Part shown: positions 28,429-38,496 of the stretch, piece after piece | Position numbering within the stretch: position 1 is the stretch's first letter | Layout of the letters: every line of letters starts with the position of its first letter | Assembly (NCBI GenBank): GCA_045580585.1 | Contig: JAZNOD010000053.1 | Coordinates: 1-41,291, forward strand | DNA: 41,291 bases | From: Eubacteriales bacterium | GTDB taxonomy: Bacteria > Bacillota > Clostridia > Oscillospirales > CAG-272 | Direction of reading: 5' to 3' | Notes under the pieces: generated by a model | Database searches by the model: none | The model's input: only the letters and a program-made list of their open reading frames with translations | Told to the model about the DNA's origin: nothing | Translations under genes and position numbers: made by a program

Positions 28429-29148
28429 TCATAGACCTATATGGATAAAATCAACCGGCGAAAACTTACAAAAGAAGTTAAACAAATGTGAATCTCTCAC
28501 CATAAGAACAAGACTGTCGGTCGTCTGACCTGCAATTCTATATTCGATAAGCATACTAAGAACAAGACAAATTATCCATATGTAGATAAAACCGCTTGCC
28601 GCGCCAAAAACAGCTCCGAGGAATGAGTTGAGAGTCTTGACGACGGGAAGCTTTGCAAGCAGGTCAACGACCTTGCCAACTATATAAAGAGCTATCATCG
28701 AAACGAAAAATACAACAACAAATCCCAGAACGGTAGAAAGCGTATCTGCAATAGGCTTTGCGATAAATTCAGCCATCTCGCGAAGAGTATCCTGCGTTGC
28801 ATTAGCAAGCTCACCGTATTTGTACTGCAGACTCTCCGCAGTGACGCCAAAGCGCGACAAAAGCTCGGTAAAGCCTGCGTTTCCTTCAAATGCCGCAGAA
28901 ATATTGTATGAACCGTTTGTAAGACCAATTACCGGCTCAAGCGCTCCGTAGACGGTATTGGTAACGGTCTTGAGAACGAATATCTTATTAAAAAGCGCGC
29001 CCAATACGCTCCCGAACATTAAAGACAGTATAACGGATGCCGCGGCTCTCGCGAATCCCCAGACTGCTTTAACAAAACCGCGTTTTGTATCAAGAAAAAC
29101 TATCAGAGCAAAAAAAACAACCAAAATAATGTCAAAAATCCAATTCAT
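28429..29148 (-). CDS. CvpA (colicin V production)-family membrane protein
   Basis: MNWIFDII...KRGFVK N-terminus and KLPVVKTLNSFLGAVFGAA.G motif. Start ATG 29148 after GGAGAGG. Confidence 0.75.
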   Translation of the reverse strand: MNWIFDIILVVFFALIVFLDTKRGFVKAVWGFARAAASVILSLMFGSVLGALFNKIFVLKTVTNTVYGALEPVIGLTNGSYNISAAFEGNAGFTELLSRFGVTAESLQYKYGELANATQDTLREMAEFIAKPIADTLSTVLGFVVVFFVSMIALYIVGKVVDLLAKLPVVKTLNSFLGAVFGAASGFIYIWIICLVLSMLIEYRIAGQTTDSLVLMVRDSHLFNFFCKFSPVDFIHIGL

Positions 29149-29162
29149 AGCAAACCTCTCCT

Positions 29163-30398
29163 TTATTCTATCTCTATAATTTTGGCACTTGACGCACCGC
29201 AATAGTAAAGTCTGTCAGGAGCATAGGCGATGATCTCGTCGCCTGACAAAGCTCCTTTTATTTCAGTAAAATTATATTTGTTTTCACCTAAAGTATATAT
29301 ACCCGTTTCCGTGAGAACATAACCGTTGCCACCGTAAAGAGTTGCTGATATAACAGTGCCTTCGGTTTTGCTCTCCGCGCGCTTTCCGCTTGAATCGATC
29401 ACGAGCGCGGTGTTTTCTTTTTTCATAGCATCGCCTTTTATAATCGCAAGAACCGCGCCTTGGGATATTTCAAGCTTTGCAAGCTCCCCTTGCGGATAGC
29501 TATGCTCTGCGGCCTTTGTTGCGTTTTGGTCAAAAAACACAACACGGTCCTCACAAACAAGCATCAAACCGTTGTCAGTAAACACTGAACGCAGCGGAAG
29601 AGCTCCGGCATACTGCACTGTGGAGATCACATCTGTCTCTCCGATTGCCGAGATCGTTATCTCGGTAAGGAAGCCTCCCGAAGAATCTACCCCCAGCGTT
29701 GTGACGGCAACCCGTCCGTCATCTGAAATGTCGACTGACACAACAGGTGCATTTTTAAGATAACGGTTTATCATTTTAAAAGACGAATCATAAAGAGCCA
29801 CCGCACCGATATATTCATCTGTACGAGTTATGATCGCGTAATATCCATCATCCGAAACACAAATTCCCTTTATCGGGTATTGAAGCGTTTCCGAATACAC
29901 CTTTGAGAAGGTATTGTAGACGGAGTATTCGGTGCCGTTTTCCTCGTAAGCGATAACGTATTTATCGGAAACCGCAAGGCGCGCAGAGACATAGCCGTGA
30001 CGTTCCGCACAAGTCTTTCGCCCCGTGGCGGAAAATATCTCCACCTCCGAGTCGGAGCAAACAACGATGCCCCCGCCAAACAGTGAAAATACAGCCTCAT
30101 CATCGGGATTATAAAAGATCGATGACGTATAATCGGAATTTTCATCCAATGAGACGGCAAAATTTCTGATTATATAATCAAATTTCTCGTATGTTATATT
30201 ACCGACGTTTGAGATCGCGGAATAAATTACGTAGAAAAGAAACACAGCCAAAAGCGCAAACTCCGCAACACGGTAAGCGGCGGAAACGGCGTCGTAAAAT
30301 TTATTATATTCCCCCTCCTCGCCAAAAATGTTGCGTATGGCCTCTTTCTTTTCAGCTTCGGAGACGGTCTTTTTCTTTTTCCAACCGATAAGTGCCAT
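29163..30398 (-). CDS. Membrane-anchored beta-propeller-like protein (DUF5711-like)
   Basis: Basic N-terminus, one TM helix, then repeated beta-rich segments (VSDDGYYAII, ISDDGRVAVT); adjacent to the CvpA-like gene. Confidence 0.6.
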   Translation of the reverse strand: MALIGWKKKKTVSEAEKKEAIRNIFGEEGEYNKFYDAVSAAYRVAEFALLAVFLFYVIYSAISNVGNITYEKFDYIIRNFAVSLDENSDYTSSIFYNPDDEAVFSLFGGGIVVCSDSEVEIFSATGRKTCAERHGYVSARLAVSDKYVIAYEENGTEYSVYNTFSKVYSETLQYPIKGICVSDDGYYAIITRTDEYIGAVALYDSSFKMINRYLKNAPVVSVDISDDGRVAVTTLGVDSSGGFLTEITISAIGETDVISTVQYAGALPLRSVFTDNGLMLVCEDRVVFFDQNATKAAEHSYPQGELAKLEISQGAVLAIIKGDAMKKENTALVIDSSGKRAESKTEGTVISATLYGGNGYVLTETGIYTLGENKYNFTEIKGALSGDEIIAYAPDRLYYCGASSAKIIEIE

Positions 30399-30414
30399 AA
30401 AAACTCCTTAAAAA

Positions 30415-31173
30415 TCAATATTTCACATCGTGAAGGTAAAGTCCGCATGCAGGTGCTGTACGACCTGCCGCGCGGCGATCCGCGGCGGCGGTGATCAGCG
30501 GTATATCCTCTGCATTGCGCGCTCCTTCCATGACCTCTACAAGCGTGCCACACATGATGCGCACCATGTTGTAGAGAAATCCATCGGCTGTGACGGTAAA
30601 GGTAATGATATCCCCACTCCTTGCCACAAATGCGCTTTTTACCTCTCGAACGGTATCCGCAACCTTGGATCCGGACGCCATATAGGACGAAAAATCGTGC
30701 TTACCGCAAAACATCCTCGCGGCTGCATCCGCCGCCGCAACAGCCTCGTCGGAAAAGCGTTTTGGAACATGCCACGCCCTATTACGCAAAAACGGATCTC
30801 TTGCGGGGGAATTGTGGATCTTATAAATATAAGTTTTTTCCTTTACACCGTATCTTGCATGAAAGCTGTCGTCAACCCACTCCGCAAAAAAAACGGCAAT
30901 ATCGTCAGGCAGTCTGACATTCATGGCAAGAGGAAGTTTTTCGACAGGGATAGAGGTAACAAGCCCCGATTCGCCTTTTTTTGAGACAGTCGCACAAAAG
31001 CATTCGGCGTGAACGCCGGCATCGGTGCGGCTGCAGCCGGTAACGTCACATTCATAGCCAAAAAGTGAGTGTGCGGCATCATTGAGCATTTTTTGAATTG
31101 TTGAACAATTTTTTTGCACCTGATAGCCGCCGTACGCGCTCCCGTCATACTTTAATTTCAAAAAAATCTTCAT
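30415..31173 (-). CDS. truA: tRNA pseudouridine(38-40) synthase
   Basis: YDGSAYGGYQ.Q, GCSRTDAGVHA, FHARY, GKHDFSSY, GFLYNMVRI, TAPACGLYL. Confidence 0.96.
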   Translation of the reverse strand: MKIFLKLKYDGSAYGGYQVQKNCSTIQKMLNDAAHSLFGYECDVTGCSRTDAGVHAECFCATVSKKGESGLVTSIPVEKLPLAMNVRLPDDIAVFFAEWVDDSFHARYGVKEKTYIYKIHNSPARDPFLRNRAWHVPKRFSDEAVAAADAAARMFCGKHDFSSYMASGSKVADTVREVKSAFVARSGDIITFTVTADGFLYNMVRIMCGTLVEVMEGARNAEDIPLITAAADRRAAGRTAPACGLYLHDVKY

Positions 31174-31994
31174 GCCATTTTATAAATAAAATCAACGTTG
31201 TTCAGCAACACGAGCCCGACGCTGAAAACTACCATAAGCCCGAGAGATACAAAATCCACCGCATGGAGATGGGGAACGGTCATTTTGGTTCTTCCCTCTC
31301 CTCCATGGTAACAACGGCATTCCATCGCTGTTGCAAGCTCATCGGCACGTCTGAAAGCTGAAACAAAAAGCGGAACAAGAACGGGAATTAGAGCCTTTGC
31401 GCGCTTAACAAGCGAGCCTGTTGTAAAATCAGCTCCCCTTGCCTTTTGCGCGGTCATTATCCTCTCGGTCTCATCAGAAAGCGTAGGGATAAATCTCAGC
31501 GCGATAGACATCATCATTGCAAAATCGTGAACGGGAACCTTTATTTTTTTCAGCGGGGACAAAAGCGATTCTATTGAATCTGTAAGCTGAATGGGAGTAG
31601 TCGTGTAAGATATAAAAAGGCTTGTTCCGAGTATGAGCGAGAGTATGCGCAACGCCATAAACGCCGCGTTCCAGATGCCCTCGGTATAAAGCGTGAATAT
31701 CCATACCGAAAACAGTGGCTCACCGCTGCCTACTGTTAAAAATGCGTTCAAAATAAAGGTGATTATGAGGATATATACGATCGCCTTGACCGAGCGCATT
31801 ATAACACCTATCGGTATCCTTGTTATCAAAACAAGAACAAGAGTTCCCGCAAAAAGAAATGCAAAAGAAGCAAGACTCTTGCAAAGAAACGAGGATACTA
31901 TGTGTATAATAGCAAGGATCAGCTTTATCCTGCCGTCAAGCCTGTGGATAACGGAGCCTGTGGGATAATACTGTCCAAGTGATATATTTTTCAT
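31170..31994 (-). CDS. ecfT: ECF transporter transmembrane component T
   Basis: LGQYYP..S.IHRLD.R.K, ALRFIPTL, AQKARG, AMECRCY. Confidence 0.94.
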   Translation of the reverse strand: MKNISLGQYYPTGSVIHRLDGRIKLILAIIHIVSSFLCKSLASFAFLFAGTLVLVLITRIPIGVIMRSVKAIVYILIITFILNAFLTVGSGEPLFSVWIFTLYTEGIWNAAFMALRILSLILGTSLFISYTTTPIQLTDSIESLLSPLKKIKVPVHDFAMMMSIALRFIPTLSDETERIMTAQKARGADFTTGSLVKRAKALIPVLVPLFVSAFRRADELATAMECRCYHGGEGRTKMTVPHLHAVDFVSLGLMVVFSVGLVLLNNVDFIYKMA

Positions 31995-32857
31995 TTTCCA
32001 TCACCTCCCGAAAGAGCATGACAGAGAACGTCCGCAGCGTCGGAAACGGTATATACGGTTTTGCCAAAATCAAATCCTCGCGCAGACAAAAGCATTGCAA
32101 GCCTTGTTATCTCGGGAACGTCAAGCCCGACGGATACGAGTTTGTCTGCGTTTGAAAAGACCTCGTCACGAGTGCCCTCGGCAACAACTTTACCGTCTGA
32201 CATCACTATTACACGGTGGCAGCGTACAGCCATGTCCTCCATGCTGTGCGATACGACAATAACAGTCGCCCCCTCCACGGTGCGGTATTCCTCAATAGCG
32301 TCAAAGATGAGATTTCTGCCAACAGGATCAAGTCCTGCCGCAGGCTCATCAAGAACAAGCACCTCGGGATTCATTGCCATTATTCCCGCTATCGCGGCAC
32401 GCCTTTTTTGTCCGCCCGAGAGCTCAAACGGAGATTTTTGAAGGTCGTCCTCGGAAAGTCCGACGAGTGCGGCGTATTTTTTAACCCTAGCCTCAACAGC
32501 GTCGTCATCAAGTCCCATATTTTTCGGACCGTACGCGATATCCGCGGCAACAGTCTCTTCAAAAAGCTGATACTCGGGATACTGCATCACAAGTCCGACA
32601 CGAAAACGTATCTTTCCTATTTCCTTAGGCTTTTGCCAGATATCTTCGCCGTCAAGCAAAACACTGCCCGAAGCAGGTCTTTCAAGGCCGTTAAAAAGAC
32701 GTACAAGCGTAGATTTTCCGGAACCGGTATGTCCGATTATTCCCGTAACCGAGCCTGCTTCTATATTCAGACTAACATTTTTCAGAGCCGTTATCTCAAA
32801 CGGAGTTCTTTCGCCGTAAACGTAGGAAACGTCTCTGAGCTCGATTTTTTTGTTCAT
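31991..32857 (-). CDS. ecfA2: ECF transporter ATPase A2
   Basis: TPFE..AL, GHTGSGKST, QYPEYQLFEETV, SPFELSGGQKRR, LDEPAAGLDP. Confidence 0.94.
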   Translation of the reverse strand: MNKKIELRDVSYVYGERTPFEITALKNVSLNIEAGSVTGIIGHTGSGKSTLVRLFNGLERPASGSVLLDGEDIWQKPKEIGKIRFRVGLVMQYPEYQLFEETVAADIAYGPKNMGLDDDAVEARVKKYAALVGLSEDDLQKSPFELSGGQKRRAAIAGIMAMNPEVLVLDEPAAGLDPVGRNLIFDAIEEYRTVEGATVIVVSHSMEDMAVRCHRVIVMSDGKVVAEGTRDEVFSNADKLVSVGLDVPEITRLAMLLSARGFDFGKTVYTVSDAADVLCHALSGGDGK

Positions 32858-33741
32858 TCTTCTTCTCTTTTGTCAAGTTTTTTCATGAGTATGTCGGCGC
32901 ATTCGTCGGGAGTTATACCCGCGCCATCAATTTGAAAGCCTCTTGTACGAAGCTCTCCGAGCAGTGCGGCGCATTGCGGAAGCTCAAGCCCTGCCTCAGT
33001 CACAAGGGCGGTGTTCGTAAAGATTTCCTTGGGTGTTCCCTCGCCGATAACCTTGCCCTCGTTTATAACGATAACACGGTCTGCGCGCGCCGCCTCGTTC
33101 ATAAGGTGCGTTATATTTATAACGGTAATTCCCTTTTCCCTGACGAGCTTTTCCATTACGCCCACGACCTCTGCCCGTCCCGAGGGATCGAGCATTGCGG
33201 TGGACTCGTCAAAAATCATACATTCCGGCATCATAGCGATAATACCCGCTATGGCTACTCGCTGTTTTTGACCGCCCGAAAGTCTGTGAGGCTCGTGGTG
33301 CGCGTATTCGGTCATTCCCACAAGTTCAAGGGCGGCATCAACTCTCTCTCTGATCTCCTTGGAAGGGATTCCAAGATTTTCAGGACCGAAAGCAACGTCC
33401 TCCTCCACGATAGTGGCGACAAGCTGGTTATCCGGATTCTGAAAGACCATACCCACCCTGCGACGCAGATCAAGCAGTTCCTCGTCGCTCATATCCGCAG
33501 ATACGCGTCTGCCGTCGATATAGACCTCGCCCGAGGTCGCCTCAAGCACAAGATTGAGCAGCTTTGCAAAGGTGGATTTTCCCGAGCCGTTGCGCCCGAC
33601 TATGGCAACAAACTCTCCCTTGTCAATGGTAATATTTACTCCGCAGAGAGCATATTTGCCCTCGAGTCTGTTTTTTGAATCCTCGCTTTCCTCGTCATCA
33701 TAGGAAAAGCAAAGATCCTTGGTTTCTATCAGGTGGCTCAT
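32854..33741 (-). CDS. ecfA1: ECF transporter ATPase A1
   Basis: GRNGSGKST, FQNPDNQLVA..VEEDVAFG.EN, LSGGQKQR, FDESTAMLDP. Confidence 0.94.
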   Translation of the reverse strand: MSHLIETKDLCFSYDDEESEDSKNRLEGKYALCGVNITIDKGEFVAIVGRNGSGKSTFAKLLNLVLEATSGEVYIDGRRVSADMSDEELLDLRRRVGMVFQNPDNQLVATIVEEDVAFGPENLGIPSKEIRERVDAALELVGMTEYAHHEPHRLSGGQKQRVAIAGIIAMMPECMIFDESTAMLDPSGRAEVVGVMEKLVREKGITVINITHLMNEAARADRVIVINEGKVIGEGTPKEIFTNTALVTEAGLELPQCAALLGELRTRGFQIDGAGITPDECADILMKKLDKREEE

Positions 33742-34616
33742 TGCGGTTCACCTCCAACAGCGCACCATCGAGCTGACGAACCGCAGGGTAAAAGCCCACC
33801 CGATTCACTCACGGGAAGCACAAGCTCACCCGCAAGACAGCTTCCGCCGCGCACCGACGTGATGCGGGCATCAATAATGTACTTCATCGTAAGAGGGGAA
33901 AGCCCTGTTGTGTATGAGTTTATGAGGAAAAACAAGGGCTTGTCCGACAAAAGTCCCGCGGTGAGCGTTACGAGAGAATCAATAGAGTCCTCGATTTTCC
34001 AGACCTCGCCTGACGGTCCTCTTCCGTAAGACGGCGGGTCCATAATCACCGCATCATATTTATTTTCGCGGCGCAATTCTCGCTCAACAAATTTTTTACA
34101 GTCGTCGACAATGTATCTTATCGGCGCATCGGCAAGTCCCGACAGCGCAGCATTTTCCTTTGCCTGCGCCACCATACCCTTCGACGCGTCAACGTGGCAT
34201 ACAGATGCGCCCGCGGCGGCAGCGGCAATAGTTGCACCGCCCGTATACGCAAAGAGGTTGAGAACCTTTATAGGTCTTGCGCTTTCCTTAATGAGTCGGG
34301 AAAACCAATCCCAATTCGCAGCCTGCTCGGGAAAGAGTCCCGTGTGCTTAAATCCCATGGGGCGAATGACAAATCTCAAATCACGATAGGAGATATTCCA
34401 TTCTTTTGGAAGCTTGTTAACACGCCACGAACCGCCGCCTGACGAGGATCTGCTGTAAACAGCGTCCGCGCTTCTCCAGCCCTTGTGCTTTTTATCGGTA
34501 TGCCAAATCACCTGCGGATCGGGGCGAATAAGAACGTATTTGCCCCATCTTTCAAGTTTTTCACCATCCGCTGTATCTATAAGTTCGTAATCATTCCATT
34601 TATCTGCGATCCACAT
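33738..34616 (-). CDS. Class I SAM-dependent methyltransferase (RlmI/RlmK-like, probably RNA-modifying)
   Basis: FKHTGLFPEQ, VLNLFAYTGG SAM motif, HVDAS, MDPPSYG. Confidence 0.85.
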   Translation of the reverse strand: MWIADKWNDYELIDTADGEKLERWGKYVLIRPDPQVIWHTDKKHKGWRSADAVYSRSSSGGGSWRVNKLPKEWNISYRDLRFVIRPMGFKHTGLFPEQAANWDWFSRLIKESARPIKVLNLFAYTGGATIAAAAAGASVCHVDASKGMVAQAKENAALSGLADAPIRYIVDDCKKFVERELRRENKYDAVIMDPPSYGRGPSGEVWKIEDSIDSLVTLTAGLLSDKPLFFLINSYTTGLSPLTMKYIIDARITSVRGGSCLAGELVLPVSESGGLLPCGSSARWCAVGGEPQ

Positions 34617-34618
34617 TT

Positions 34619-35122
34619 TTAAATCCGTCCGTTATAATATTTTGCTATGCGCGAGCCGCCCGTATGAGCGTGACATACGGCGATGGCAAGTGCATCGGCA
34701 GTGTCATCTGGCGTTGGTGGTTTTGGGAGCGACAAAAGCATAGTGACCATTGTAATGACCTGCTTTTTTTCTGCTCTGCCATATCCGACAACCGCCTGCT
34801 TTACTTGCAGCGGTGTATACTCGGCAAATTCCAGTCCGCATTTTTCAGCGCAAAGAAGTATGACTCCCCTTGCCTCAGCCACACGTATGCCCGTTGTAAT
34901 ATTGGTGTTGAAGAAAAGCTCCTCCACAGCCATGACCTCGGGCTGATATTTTTTTATTATAGCCTCAAGCTCCGAAAAAATTTGAGCAAGTCTTTTTTCT
35001 GTCGGAGTGCCCGCAGGGGTTATGATCGCTCCGTACGCAATCGGCTTATGTCTTGTACCGGTGGTATCTATAACACCCCAACCGATAGTTGCAAGTCCGG
35101 GGTCTATACCCAAAATCCTCAT
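34619..35122 (-). CDS. ruvC: Holliday junction resolvase RuvC
   Basis: MRILGIDPG, AVEELFF, EYTPLQVKQAVVGYG.A.K.QV, DDTADALAIA.CH. Confidence 0.96.
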   Translation of the reverse strand: MRILGIDPGLATIGWGVIDTTGTRHKPIAYGAIITPAGTPTEKRLAQIFSELEAIIKKYQPEVMAVEELFFNTNITTGIRVAEARGVILLCAEKCGLEFAEYTPLQVKQAVVGYGRAEKKQVITMVTMLLSLPKPPTPDDTADALAIAVCHAHTGGSRIAKYYNGRI

Positions 35123-35156
35123 AATTGCCTCTTTCAAAAATAATAAACCAATTTAT

Positions 35157-35185
35157 ATTATAACACTAATCAATTATAAAGTCAA
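35157..35185 (-). promoter_or_regulatory. Sigma-A promoter for the ruvC operon
   Basis: Minus strand reads TTGACT-N17-TATAAT with extended -10 (TGTTATAAT). Confidence 0.75.
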
Positions 35186-35234
35186 ATATTTTCCTATATA
35201 TTTTGCAATATTTTTATTTTTTACAATTTTTTTG

Positions 35235-35263
35235 TTTACTATTATGTTTATTTATGGTATAAT
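35235..35263 (+). promoter_or_regulatory. Sigma-A promoter for DUF951-yfhO-ruvAB
   Basis: TTTACT-N17-TATAAT with extended -10 (TGGTATAAT) and an AT-rich upstream tract. Confidence 0.7.
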
Positions 35264-35297
35264 ATATTAAATTTATGTTTTCGATGAAAGGCTATTT

Positions 35298-35501
35298 ATG
35301 AAAATCGTAAAATTTAACGTCGGTGACACGTTGATTTTTAAAAAAAATCACCCGTGCGGCGACAATCGCTTTAAGGTGCTTCGCACAGGAAGCGAGGTCC
35401 GTGTCATCTGCTCGGGCTGCGGCCGTGATATGACACTGGGACGTGAAAAGCTTGATGGGCTGATAAAAAAAGTCATTTCCGACAAAGAAAATAACATTTA
35501 A
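35298..35501 (+). CDS. DUF951-family small protein (YyzM-like)
   Basis: 67 aa with the pattern GD....KK.HPCG...F.VLR.G..VR..C.GCG. Confidence 0.85.
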   Translation: MKIVKFNVGDTLIFKKNHPCGDNRFKVLRTGSEVRVICSGCGRDMTLGREKLDGLIKKVISDKENNI

Positions 35502-35520
35502 AAAGTTAAGGATGTTGATC

Positions 35521-38469
35521 ATGAAAGAAAAAAACGCTATAAACAAAGAACAAACCTTTGAAATCGACGAGGCGGCTTTTTCCAAATCCGATGCAAACCG
35601 CCGTTTTAAAAACAAAATACCAAAAACGCGCTGGGAACGCTTCAAGGCGCGCTTTTTCCCGCGCGAATACTCTTATCTGATATACGCCTTCCTCATACCC
35701 GTTATCCTCAATTATCTCATATACGTCGCTATGGAGATACATCCGTTCGGAGACGGTTCGGTGCTTGTTCTTGACCTTAACGCTCAATACGTTTATTTTT
35801 ACGAAGCACTGCGAAATGCTGTACTCGGAGATGAGTCTTTTCTGTATTCATTTTGCCGATCTCTCGGCGGAGAATTTGGCGGAATATACGCTTATTACGT
35901 CGCAAGCCCTCTGTCATATATAGTCTGTCTTTTCCCGCAGGAGAGGATACTTGAAGCGCTCCTTTTCATCTTTTTGCTTAAAACGGGACTTTGCGGACTT
36001 TCATTTGGATATTATCTGCACAAAATATCCTCAAAAGCCAAAAAGATACCGATTGTCACGTTCTCAATCCTCTACGCGCTCTGCGCCTATGCCGTGGTGC
36101 AGCAGCACAACTCGATGTGGATAGACGCACTCATCTGGCTTCCCCTGCTTACCCTTGGCATTGAGCAGCTTATCAAAAATTACAAGTATAAATTGCTTGT
36201 GGTATCGTTGGCAATGTCCCTATTATCCAATTTCTATATTGGATATATGGTGTGCATATACACCGCCCTTTATTTCTTTTATTATTACTTTGCTCACAAT
36301 GAGGACGGTCGCAACAATCCCCACGGGGAAAAATCGCATTTCCGCCGTTCCTTTTTCCGTATATTCGGATCAGCCGCATTGGGTATTGGAATTTCCGCAA
36401 TAATTGTTTTTTCCGCTTATTATTCTCTTCAGTTTGGAAAAAACACTTTTTCAAACCCCAATTTTGATCTTACCTTCCGCTTTGATATTTTCGACTTTTT
36501 CACAAAATTTTTCCCCGGCTCATACGATACCGTACGTCCCGAGGGACTACCGTTCGTTTATTGCGGTGTTCTTACACTTTTCTGTGTTCCGCTGTTTTTC
36601 TGCTCTAAAAAATTCAGCGTTTCTGAAAAAGTAGCATCTGTTGTTCTCATTTCCGTTTTTGTTCTTAGCTTTTTTGTTAACACGCTTGATATGATCTGGC
36701 ATGGCTTCCAGAAACCGAACTGGCTGAACTATCGTTACAGTTTTATGCTTTGTTTCTTTTTGCTTGTGCTGGCTTACAAGGGGTTTGGCGAGATACGAAG
36801 GGCGTCGACACGCTTTATCGGTGCTATCGGAGCAGCTCTTGTCGGTTTTATCTCTATTGCTCAAAAATTTGAGTTCAGTTCATACGTTGAGCGTGAAAGC
36901 TCGGGCATCGTTGAGGGACAATATCTCAAGGAGCTTGAGAACGTATGGTTTTCTATAATTGCCATCATCGCAATAGGCGCCGCGCTTGCTGTTTGCACAA
37001 GGACCAAACGACGCGCGAACGCCTCATTGGTTCTTTGCATACTTGTTTGCCTTGAGGCGTTTGGAAGCGGTCTTGTTTGCTGTGTAGAGCTTGGCGATGA
37101 CGTTATTTATTCATCTTATAGCTCTTACAACGATTATATCAGTGCATTCAGACCTCTCACAAACGAGATCCTTGAGACGGACACTTCATTCTATCGGTTT
37201 GAAAAAACTTCACACAGAAAAACGGGAGACAATATGGCTCTCCGTATAAGAGGACTTACCAACTCCACGTCGACTCTTAACAAAGATACGATAGACTTCC
37301 TCAACAGGATGGGATATTCCTCCGTTTCGCATTGGACTCAATATCAGGGCGGAAATCCCGTTTCGGATTCTTTGCTTGGACTGAAATACATCATAGGAAA
37401 GACAAGTGATGAATCCTTACTTTCCTATTACGGCGCCACGGATTTTCGCACCATATCTCAGGGCGGTGCAAATTATTCCGCATTTCTTAACCCTTACGCA
37501 CTGTCAATCGCTTATGGCGTAGATGATATGGTACTTGATTACGATATGACCCCCGGCTCAGCTTCCACAAGTAAATCTCCGATGCTCCGACTCAATGAGC
37601 TTCTCGGCGCTATGCTCGGCGAGGAAGAGATAACCGTGTTTGATCCATTGCAGGTAACCAAAACCGAGGAAACCAACTGCAAAGGTCCATCGACAATTGC
37701 GGGACATTCAAAATATGAGCCTTCCGATTCAAGCCAAAGCGCAAGCGTCACCTACTATTTCACAGCACAGCGTTCGGGCGAGGCATTCTTCTATATGCCT
37801 TCGGATTATAATCGCCGAATATCTATCACCGCTAACGGAAAATCCTATGGAACAAACGAGTATTGCAGAATAATGTCCATAGGCTTTTATTCCGAGGGTG
37901 AAGAAATAAAGGTCAACGTCAAGCTTGAAAGCGACGTTCTCTACGTTAAAAACAATGTTGATATCGTCTATATGCTTGATAAGCCCGAGTTTGAGAATGC
38001 CATATCGCGTCTTGCACAGACTCAAGTAGATATACGCGGAGATTGGTCAAGCGACTATCTGCCCGGAACGGTAACTACAACGAAAAACGATCAGCTCATC
38101 CTCACCACTATCCCCTATGACAAAGGTTGGAAGATAACGGTCGACGGTGAGGAAGTTGAAACGCAGGAAACCTTGGATGCGCTCGTAGGCTTTGAAATAA
38201 AAGACGCGGGATATCATCAGATAGTAATGAACTATCGCCCGACGTCATTTGTGCTCGGACTAACGATTTCTATTTCATCTGTTATAATATTCGCGCTTAT
38301 GATCGTTTTTGATCAAAAAATACGCCAACTCCTTGCGTCGATCGCAGCAAAGAATGACGAAATCGCAGCAGGGCTTCACGGCGGAAAAAAGCGTCTGAGC
38401 CTGATGCGTAACACTATCGATGAAACCAAAAAGAAACACTCTCAAAAAGAATCTCAAAAACACAAATAA
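35521..38469 (+). CDS. YfhO-family multi-pass membrane protein (putative GT-C glycosyltransferase)
   Basis: PFGD.SVL..DL..QY, YY.ASP, NFYIGYM.C, WHGFQ.PNW..YRYSF, large soluble loop, IPYDKGW..TVDG, final TM helix. Alternative start at 35512. Confidence 0.88.
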   Translation: MKEKNAINKEQTFEIDEAAFSKSDANRRFKNKIPKTRWERFKARFFPREYSYLIYAFLIPVILNYLIYVAMEIHPFGDGSVLVLDLNAQYVYFYEALRNAVLGDESFLYSFCRSLGGEFGGIYAYYVASPLSYIVCLFPQERILEALLFIFLLKTGLCGLSFGYYLHKISSKAKKIPIVTFSILYALCAYAVVQQHNSMWIDALIWLPLLTLGIEQLIKNYKYKLLVVSLAMSLLSNFYIGYMVCIYTALYFFYYYFAHNEDGRNNPHGEKSHFRRSFFRIFGSAALGIGISAIIVFSAYYSLQFGKNTFSNPNFDLTFRFDIFDFFTKFFPGSYDTVRPEGLPFVYCGVLTLFCVPLFFCSKKFSVSEKVASVVLISVFVLSFFVNTLDMIWHGFQKPNWLNYRYSFMLCFFLLVLAYKGFGEIRRASTRFIGAIGAALVGFISIAQKFEFSSYVERESSGIVEGQYLKELENVWFSIIAIIAIGAALAVCTRTKRRANASLVLCILVCLEAFGSGLVCCVELGDDVIYSSYSSYNDYISAFRPLTNEILETDTSFYRFEKTSHRKTGDNMALRIRGLTNSTSTLNKDTIDFLNRMGYSSVSHWTQYQGGNPVSDSLLGLKYIIGKTSDESLLSYYGATDFRTISQGGANYSAFLNPYALSIAYGVDDMVLDYDMTPGSASTSKSPMLRLNELLGAMLGEEEITVFDPLQVTKTEETNCKGPSTIAGHSKYEPSDSSQSASVTYYFTAQRSGEAFFYMPSDYNRRISITANGKSYGTNEYCRIMSIGFYSEGEEIKVNVKLESDVLYVKNNVDIVYMLDKPEFENAISRLAQTQVDIRGDWSSDYLPGTVTTTKNDQLILTTIPYDKGWKITVDGEEVETQETLDALVGFEIKDAGYHQIVMNYRPTSFVLGLTISISSVIIFALMIVFDQKIRQLLASIAAKNDEIAAGLHGGKKRLSLMRNTIDETKKKHSQKESQKHK

Positions 38470-38496
38470 ACGCAAATATAGCGGAGGCAAAAATTA

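Noticed and set aside
31170-33741. ECF module without a substrate-binding S component
   Set aside because: The normal group II ecfA1-ecfA2-ecfT-truA arrangement; S components are encoded elsewhere.
35123-35297. Very AT-rich intergenic region as a possible replication origin or foreign DNA
   Set aside because: Explained by two divergent promoters; no DnaA boxes or iterons were seen.
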